Source: Ancylonema sp. (lineage: Eukaryota). From it: a stretch of DNA of 64,000 nucleotides. The translations under genes were made by a program, and so were the position numbers. The notes under the pieces were generated by a model. It was not told the DNA's origin. It did no database searches and saw nothing but the letters and a program-made list of their open reading frames with translations. Where the stretch lies: the NCBI GenBank assembly GCA_050230475.1, contig JBFLGF010000008.1:1-64000 (forward strand), read 5' to 3'. Below are positions 55,370 to 64,000 of this stretch, in pieces. How positions within the stretch are numbered: position 1 is the first letter of the stretch; each line of letters opens with the position of its first letter.

Positions 55370-57540
55370 ATGGAGTACATGGCAACAATGTATCCATCGT
55401 TGAAAATGCGGGGTAGGGGAATGAAATCGAAATGTAAAGAAACGTTGTACTCCAAGTTTTTGCAGAAGGATGCATCAAACAAGCTATCACGTGTATTTTA
55501 TTTGTAGAATACATCTACAAACAATCGGTTGTGTTTTTTATTTCGCTCCGCACGATTTGCAATACTGTACTTTTCTCCCAAAGATATTCCTGATTATTTA
55601 TTGAAACCCGAAACCTTTTTCTTTTATTACTCACTGAAATTGTCAAATCATTCGCTGAAAATCATTAATTCACTTACATGAAGTTTTGGAATTGTATATG
55701 TAAATAACTCGGAATCATTGCCAAATATTATTGATAATAACTACGAGAACCCCGGAATCAGTTTTACGAATCATTGAATCAAATTGTTAAAAAAAAAGGG
55801 GATCTTTTTCGAAGCATAGTACGGTATGTTCCTTCGCTTTTTGTAGTTGAATATGCACAATGTTTCATAATTTTGATTGGGCATACAATTGTTTTCGTCT
55901 ACAGCTTATTGTAGTTACTTTTCCGTCATTTTACACCAACCTTAAATATGACTAAACCTCACAAACATATATCAAATAATAAGAGAGTGTCTGCGTCTTT
56001 CTTTTCATCATGGTATGAAATGTTAATCTATAGTATTATTTGCAAACATGTTATAGTCTCCATTTTTTTTTCCATTTTTGTTGTTATTGTACCAGTATAT
56101 TTATTTCTCGTTATCGAATATTGTTATATTTTCTTCGAGCAAACTAGGACTAACATCTAGAATTTAGATAAAAATCCGATACAAGGTCCCGATAGAGAGT
56201 CATTTGTACCTTTTCTCGTATTAAAATTTTCTCGATCTTTTCTTATAAGAATTATCATATGACGAGGACGAGAAACTACCAATGATCACAAAATAATGAT
56301 TTTAATTGTGGTTCGTTGTTGTTCATTGTTGTTCATCCACTTCATGTTCATTTATTTTGTCAAATCGACGTTTTATCATGATTTTTTTAATGGTATATTT
56401 GATGATATGTAGAATTGTGGTTGTGGGCTTTTACATTGTGCGTATTTTAAATAACATGCATTGCTGATTCGAATGTTGTATTCATATTCTTTATTTCATA
56501 TGTGGGACGTAAGAAAATGTTTACTTAAGAAATTGAAGAAAATTGAAGAAAATATATGTAATGTTATTATCGTTGGTTTTGATAAGGTTATATTCTCTGG
56601 TTGATTGAAACAATAACATGCTAAAAAAAGATTGTTCATTGTTCAAACCGATTATTATTGTAAAGTGAATCAATTATGACATATGTATTCACTATGATAT
56701 TTTGTGTTTGTATGTATTACGGTATTTCTCATATAATTCGCATATTGCAATTGATCCTTCGCAGTAAACATAGTAAACATATCGCAGATGTTATATCATG
56801 TATACACCTATTACCATAAATAATGAAACAAGAACAACATCATTATATGTGCGAACAACTTCCACAAAAGGGTTTTTTAGCACGATGTTTGAAGGTTTCC
56901 CAAAAAAACATTTTTTTGAAAGTAATACAGACAAAAAACGATCTCAATCTAAACAAATAAAAGCATGAACGGGAAAAAACATTGGAGGACTCTTTATCAC
57001 CATGCTGACGTGGCACATGCAAACCCCGAAATGTATCAACAAAGTATGACAACCAATGTTTTTTTTTTCCATTAGTCCAATAAATGTTCTTCTTTACTAC
57101 GTTCTCTTGTCTTAACCTACTCCGTAACCTCAACCGCAACCTTCATGGCGTTCCATCTTCCTCGCCGTGATATCGGTAGGAGGATATTTCAGTGCTCCAT
57201 TATGCGCACCTGCATACATCCCAATAAAATAAGTGGCCGCCACATCTCATGACATCATATGTAGAAGTATACCTAATTCTCCCGCATATTCCAACGAGCT
57301 TCTTTCAATCCGTACGAGTGCCGCTCTTCTCGAATTTGTTTGACACGTCGGCAAATGACACCTCTCCGGCGCTATATCAACCCCTCTATCAACCCTCTCT
57401 AGACTTATACCGTAGGTGACGAGAATACATTAAAACGAAATTCCCGTTTGCAAGGCAACACATGAAACTTTCGTGAGCAGAATTCTTTTCGCAAGTGTTT
57501 CAATTTGTGTGAATTTATGATTATCCGATACCCCTTTCTT

Positions 57541-58230
57541 CCATACCCGTCGCGTTTTCTTTTCATTCCTTTTGCTTATTTCCCTCCATCGGTAGATGCC
57601 ACGTCAGCGCCTACCGCCCCTTTTGGCTCTTCGTCGTCCCAATCGTACCACCTCCCTTGTCGATACTCGTGATGGTGATGCTTACGCTCGTAGCTCTCAT
57701 ACTTATTGACCACATGTCCATGTCTTATTGCCTGCTGATTTGCGACTACCGTGCCAACTACACCTGCATCCAAAATTTATAATCGAATTTGTTGCTTTCG
57801 ATTTCGAAAACATATTCCAAACATTAGTGGAGACCGCCATAATCCAAGAGACAATATAAGGACATTTGGAAACGAGAATCAATTCGAAGTTTCAAAAATG
57901 AGGTGTTTTGGTAATGAAAATGCCGAGAGACAATTTAAGAAACAAAATGTTGACATACACTTGGGAGAGGGGGGAAGGACCAAATAACGAGAATGCCGAA
58001 AATCAAGATGCAATGTGAGGAGAGCAATACACAGACAGACATACAAATCAGGCGGGGTGAATCTATGAGATTGATTTCGTTTTCCACTTTCCCATACCCG
58101 TGGAGGTTTTCTCGATTTCGGTGGCCTTCATTGCTTCATCGGTAGATGCAATGTCAGCACCTACCGCCCCTTGTGGCTCTTCATCGTCCCAATCATACCA
58201 CCTCCCCTGTCGATACTCGTGATGGTGACG
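57541..58230 (-). pseudogene. Two diverged direct copies (~140 bp) of a coding-like module of unknown family
   Basis: 57541-57680 vs 58092-58230; the minus strand gives HHEYRQGRWYDWDDEEP(K/Q)GAVGAD(V/I)ASTD in both, with nearby stops and a frameshift. Confidence 0.45.
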
Positions 58231-59841
58231 ATGCCCGTAAAATCTCGTACTTGGCGAGGTCTATTGGCTGCTGACTTGCCGCTGCGTTGCCATTCACACT
58301 TGCAAACCATTTCCTTCACGCGAATCAGTCGCTTACAATGCCGTGAGAAAACATACCATTAGATGCGACTGTCAAAGATGCACATATAAGTACGGGAGGA
58401 TACGCACGGTTTATATAAATATATTCACCGGGTTCAGGAAGGTATGTGGTGGTGAAAGGTGTCAAGAGATACTACCTGCCACAGCATCTTCCGACCAGGA
58501 TGGAGTACAGCCGAGCGAGGAACTACACGTGGCGAGCAAAAGAAGATCCAAGAGGCCAAACCCTTTCTTCGAAGTATCGGTGCAGTTCTTTAAGAATGCC
58601 ATGGCTCCTCAGAAAAAGACAGGGATGTGAAATTGCTGAGGTGACTACCACTGAGAATACAGGGAAGGCAGTCGGGAGACATTATATACTGTGGCATGCG
58701 AAAGGTGCAGACTGAACTTCTGCCGCGTTGACTTCGGCTCCCATCGTTGAATGCCGACGACCTGCGGCCGATGCGCTCGATGATGTGCGCCTTGGATATG
58801 ATCTATGTCCCGACGCCGCAAGATACTCAGACCATCTGGTCGATAGCGCATAGGGTACATGCACATTGGTGACATGTCTGAAAATCCCCTCCCGCATGTT
58901 CTACTTTATCCTCGAATGAGAAATTTCGGAAGAAGGCCCGTGACCCGGATACATTGCTGCATTTTAGATGTACATGTGGACCTGAATGCATGGCCTGATA
59001 TGCTGACATGGTAACAAACAAAACCTGGAGCAGGACATGAAAATGTAACAAGGAGCTTCGACGGATTCGCTGCTATCCAGCACGTGAACCGATCAAACAC
59101 TTCATGAAGCAAATCGTCATTTCCGTGCTTGAGACAGTGATGTCCCGATAGGATTGGCGGAGAGCAGATTCCAGATACTGTACTATGATCTGACTGATAA
59201 CAATTGCAGACAAAAGGTGTGCCCCTGATGGTACCATCGACTCAAATAGAAGTTATCGATGGAAAAGAACACCGGAAATTCGTAGACCAAAACTCCAAAC
59301 GGATGTTTCAACCATAATCGCGCAAATTCGAGATTGAATTTCCGCGACTTGCGCAGATTGGGGAATTCCAATTGTGATGAATAAATGACATTTTTTCTAG
59401 ACGGTGGCTGCGAGAATGAATGGGTTCAGAAGTGGCAATGATAACATTAGTGATGCACCTGCGTAGCGTGTGCTTTGCGTCTTCCACAACAGAAAACGAG
59501 TGTTTTGCGGCTCGCGACACGCACGCACGCCCGTTTTAAACCGCTTGGCACCGGAACTATGATAGGTAATTTCATCAGCTTGTACAAACCTGGTTCCAAC
59601 TTGGATCTAATTAGTATAAACTCATTCGATAATATGATGTGGGAAATCAAGATGATAATCTAGTATACAATGTCGACATAAGTAAACATCAGTAAAAAGT
59701 AAAGGGTAAACATAAAGTAAGTAAGATCAAGTAACATTAAGTAGACATCAATCAAAAAATTATTTCATAAACTTTATCCTCGTATCCGAGTTCACCGAAT
59801 GAAACATCCTCGTATACTAGAAATTGAATCCAATATCCTAG

Positions 59842-59920
59842 TTTAATTTCCCAACTTACCACAAAACGCATACTACGGTGTTTAACTTCCCAACTTACCA
59901 CAAAACGCATATTACGGTGT
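59842..59920. repeat. 39-bp tandem duplication
   Basis: TTTAA(T/C)TTCCCAACTTACCACAAAACGCATA(C/T)TACGGTG twice. Confidence 0.9.
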
Positions 59921-62579
59921 CTACCAACTCAAAGGCAAGTGAGCTCTCGAAAGTAAACCACACGTGCGTCTTCTAGGTAAACATATAAATTTCGTGTGTA
60001 TGCTCTATTAGTATATGGAGCGCTTTCCTCCCCGATCTTATCATCGTTGGGTAAACATCAGCCTTGGCGTCTTGTTCAACATTGACGTAGATATTGCGTT
60101 GTGTTCATGTATGTGTGTGTGATATTACGTGATCACGAGCCTTTGCTTGAATAGAGTGTATTTATAAGTGATGACATGGCTTGCTTGGAAGCCATTGCGT
60201 ATCGAAATAGTTTCAAGAACACATTCGAGATGTCATGTCGCTACCATATGTGCGTGAATGATCCATAGAAATTTGACACGGGTTGTGCTACCCTCACATG
60301 TACGCACGGAACATACATAGTTCATCACGTTGGCCTGGATGTTGAACATGAACGCCGTCGACGAAAACTTGAAAACTTGCAACGGTTTATATGTTTCCTA
60401 ATATTTCGTTACATCACTCGAGCCAATCGTTACTCCTCTTGTTACGGATATTGAAGTGCTCGGTACAAATGCAAAAGGAATTTCCACGGCACACATGCAA
60501 CTTTCACTTGTGTGGTTAATTAGTTCCCCCCGCCCCGCAAATTCCGCCCCGCCTTCTGCCCCGGGATTACCTGCCCCGGGCGGCGTTTTCGCCCGGGACG
60601 GAGCCTTAGGGTATATCTGTAAAAGATTTCCAAGACCACGTGGATCATGTACATTTATTTTTGAATCAATCCGTCGAGTGCTCGAATTTTTGTATCACGG
60701 AAAAGTACGGCTGCCGTCTTCATCCGTGTAACATTATATTGTGTATATCGATTTACAACTTGTTATTTCTTATTTTTTCGCATTATGCGACACCACGCCA
60801 CGGAGTCGGACTCATGGCCGAGATTAGATGATGTCTTACGTGCGGCGTCAGGCGTTTGGCGTATGGCAGCCAAAAAAAAGTTTGGAACAAAATCGACCGC
60901 AACTCCCATTGCGATGGATATGTTTGTGGGTATTCACGCCGTTGGTTCCGCCCCGATCAACCCGCCCGACTCGCCCCGGGCGGTTTTTTTTCAGCCTCGT
61001 GCGGAGCTAGCTATGGCTAATCTCGATATCTAATTTCGAATTACATATCATTGTCTCCGATAACTACTTTCCGGTCTTTTTATCAACCGATTCATTGGCC
61101 GATGACTTTTGACTCGGTCGAAATTCAAATGCGATGGAACAAGATTAGTGACAATATCGAGTAAGTTGTGACATACATTATTTGTTACTTTGTTGTTCGT
61201 TGGTCTTCCCCCCCGCTCCCCCTCCCCTAAATAATAGTGAACGTCATTCTTAGTGTAGACGAAGTGTGTGTAAGAGTGTATCGTTAGCATGTAAATCCAA
61301 CGTTTCAATGTAACTTGGTCATTGCAAGTCGCAAACGGAAACCCGGAAGCTATCATATTTTTGTATGCGCTAAATAGGTCAAATCATTTACGGAAAAGCA
61401 TTGAAATTGATTCCGCATTTTGGTTTTGTGGAAGTTTGAATGTTGGAAACAGTGCCAAAAATCATTTGATTAAAATTAATGGAGCACCGGAATATTTTTC
61501 ACAAATCATTGTTTTTTTGTTTTTTGTTTTTTTTTGTTAAAGCAAAAACAAAGGAGAATGTTATTCAAGTGCTCAAGTTGCGTTAAACATCATAAAATGG
61601 CGTGGTATTGTCACCAGCTTCCGTATGTGTGTTGTGATGTACCCTAGTCTACGAAACGATTTCTAAATTATTATTGGAACCGGGAAGCTATCTATCTTAT
61701 TTTCTACCAGAAATATCAAAAAAAATCCCGGAAAACAATTGAAATTGGCTTCGTATTTTCTGGAATTTTATTTGTAGGAATATCGGAATCATAGCAAAAA
61801 CTCATCGACAATAACTATATCCCGGAATACTATCGGAATCCCGGAATTAGTATTACGAATCATTGATAAATCATTTCGTTTTGAAAATAAACGGCATCGT
61901 TTTGGAAGCGGTATGTTATTCACGTATGCATCGAGACCAACCCATATTTATGATTTTACAGTTTGAATATTTTCGATTCTTCGTAACACGTAAAATACAC
62001 CGTTAATTTGACAGTTAGCCGACATTCAATAGAAGTTTTGTAGGTTCGCATGTCATTATATACGGAGTGTCGTTGTTCCAATATCGATGGTGGGAGCCTT
62101 CTTAAGGGATCAAATAATAATAAAACAAATTGTCGTTATACCGTTGTCATCGTTATAGCGATAGTCCTTTTATCGAGGGAGGACTGTACCTGGTATCTCC
62201 TTTCGCGCCACATCATGACATGGCGCGGAATCCCCGTCGGATTTTCAGCCTGAAACGTTCCAAACCTGCCTGGGTTCCGGGAATAGGGTCTCGTCAAGTA
62301 GGCAGGCGAGGCAATCGTAGTACGACACTCTTGCTACTCGTCAGCCCTTTGGTGCCTTCTTCGCTTTCGTTTCAGGGTGTGCGCGTTCTTTGTGTGGTGG
62401 TGGCGACGAAGTACAGAGCAGGCCATGATCTTCTGGCACGTGTCTTGCTCCGCACCTCCTTGGCTGCCCCCCCTCCCGTCCTCCCTCTATTTCCGCATCC
62501 CTTCACCAGACCTGCACATGACTCACGTATACAATCCGTTGCCACCGTTCTCTATGGGTTGACTTTCCGTACCCCCTTT

Positions 62580-64000
62580 ATGGCCGGCCGCATATCCGCG
62601 GCCATGGGCCAACTCAGCACTGGTATTGGCGCCATTGCTGAACATCCCGCGGGCAACTCACGCGCTCCACGTCTATCGTCGCCATCTCCTCCCGCACCTG
62701 TCATGACGCAACCTGTAGTCAATCGATTGGCGGGCAAGAAGGGTCCTCCTAAAACCTTTGCCAACGCCAATACTGCACCTCTGGGTGGGGACCCGCAAGC
62801 CAGAAACTCGGCGCCACGCGGTTACTACACCAATGTTCCCAACCGCAAGAAAGACAGCACCCGTGTCAAGGCCGGGGGCTGGATCCCTCGGGACGGCTCG
62901 CTTGGACATGGCGGGTCCTTCCAAAAAACTGCCACTGCGCCGTGGACGCCGGCCCCGCAACTCAGTCCTCCCCGTTTGAACGATGTTGGCTCATTTCCCG
63001 CTTTAGGCAGTCCGGCTGGAAGCGGTGGCAGCAGCTTAGGCAGCAGCTCTACCTTTTCGACGCCAGGGAGCAGTCCGGCAGGCAGCCCTCTACAGGGATG
63101 TCGGTGGGGGGTGGGGAAGGATCAGAAACGATATGATGGGCGAACCGTGACGCGGTATGCACACGTCCACCTCCTGCATTTCTCCGCCTTTCTTCTTCGG
63201 CCTTGCGGTGCCTGCAGCTGTTGTGTGCTCGTTTGGTAGTCCTGCGCCCGGTATATACGTGGTTCTATACGTCGTAATTTTATGATTTATTTTCCCACCC
63301 ACATTGTATCATATACCAACATCATGCATCACATTGTATCATATACCAACATCATACATCACATTGTATCATATACCAACATCATACATGCATAGAATGA
63401 AGTCAAACTTCAATGTCTCTCTCTCTCCCTCGGAGGTAAACTGAGTTTCTTCTTGGGGTTGGGGGGTTGGGGGTTGGGGCCCGTCCGCAGAGCTTCCAAG
63501 TCTCCCGCATCCAAGTCCCCCCCCAGTCCCGGATCTTCCGGTGCTGAGCCCAAGAGCCTCCGCCGCGGGCTCCTTGTGGAGTTCGCCAAGGAGAACAACC
63601 GGAGCGTCCTCGGTGCCGTGCAGAAACCGGATGGCAAACAGAACTGGACCACGCAGGACCAGGTGCGTGCGTGGGAACCCCTTTCTCCCTCAGAACCTCG
63701 TGTGGCACGAGGAGAACAATACTCGCCCACTTGTCCCTCACCTTCCAATGGCACACAATCAGCTCACAGAATAAATGTGAAACCCTGTATACCCTGTATA
63801 CCCTGGGTATAAGAACCCGAAAATGAAATCCGAAAAGTATGTTCCTCAGATATGGCACACAGTGTATACGAGAACCCAAGAGATAAGCCTCCAAAAGAAC
63901 CCCCCCACCAAATCCTCCCCCACGCACGCGACCTCTCTTATATCGAGGTTTCCCCCTCCTCCCCCCCAGCACGGCAACACGTCCTCCCTCCGCCCCCAGC
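62580..64000 (+). CDS. Ribonuclease II (RNB family), plastid/mitochondrial type; 5' part only, gene runs past the window end
   Basis: Exon 63491-63662 encodes LRRGLLVEFAKENNRSVLGAVQKPDGKQNWTTQDQ, matching the N-terminal region of plant organellar RNase II. The upstream exon ends LQGCR with a compatible phase-2 donor near 63103. The start codon is uncertain. Confidence 0.72.
63301..63389. repeat. 30-bp minisatellite x3 in an intron
   Basis: ACATTGTATCATATACCAACATCAT(G/A)CATC in tandem with no spacers. Confidence 0.95.

Noticed and set aside
58340..59660. Possible degenerate transposase or viral gene
   Set aside because: Fragmented frames on both strands with no motif I can identify.
60521..61009. 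Possible MITE with GC-rich CCCCG ends
   Set aside because: Terminal inverted match is weak and no TSD was confirmed.
63301..63389. CRISPR-like 30-bp repeats
   Set aside because: Units are directly tandem with no spacers; this is an intronic minisatellite.

Overview
Intron-rich eukaryotic nuclear DNA, most likely from a green plant-lineage organism. A streptophyte alga is inferred from the gene content and is not proven. Spliced genes reconstructed by hand: UDP-sugar pyrophosphorylase (+), a sterol desaturase/fatty-acid hydroxylase-family gene carrying an in-frame TGA (+), DNA polymerase REV1 (-), an EFR3-like ARM protein (+), a bacterial-type GlnT/type III glutamate-ammonia ligase-like gene (-) head-to-head with a BAT1-like amino acid/amine permease (+), the thylakoid lumen pentapeptide protein TL17 (+), and the 5' part of organellar RNase II (+). 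Intergenic DNA holds a degenerate gag/zinc-knuckle retroelement with an unusual end-to-start repeat junction, a matching solo LTR-like unit with a CATG target duplication, several MITE families, many micro/minisatellites, and a triple conserved-stem/variable-loop hairpin array. The best candidate for an undescribed system is the divergent GlnT-like ligase plus permease pair (possible amine uptake and gamma-glutamylation module). Exon coordinates are manual and may be off by a few bases.
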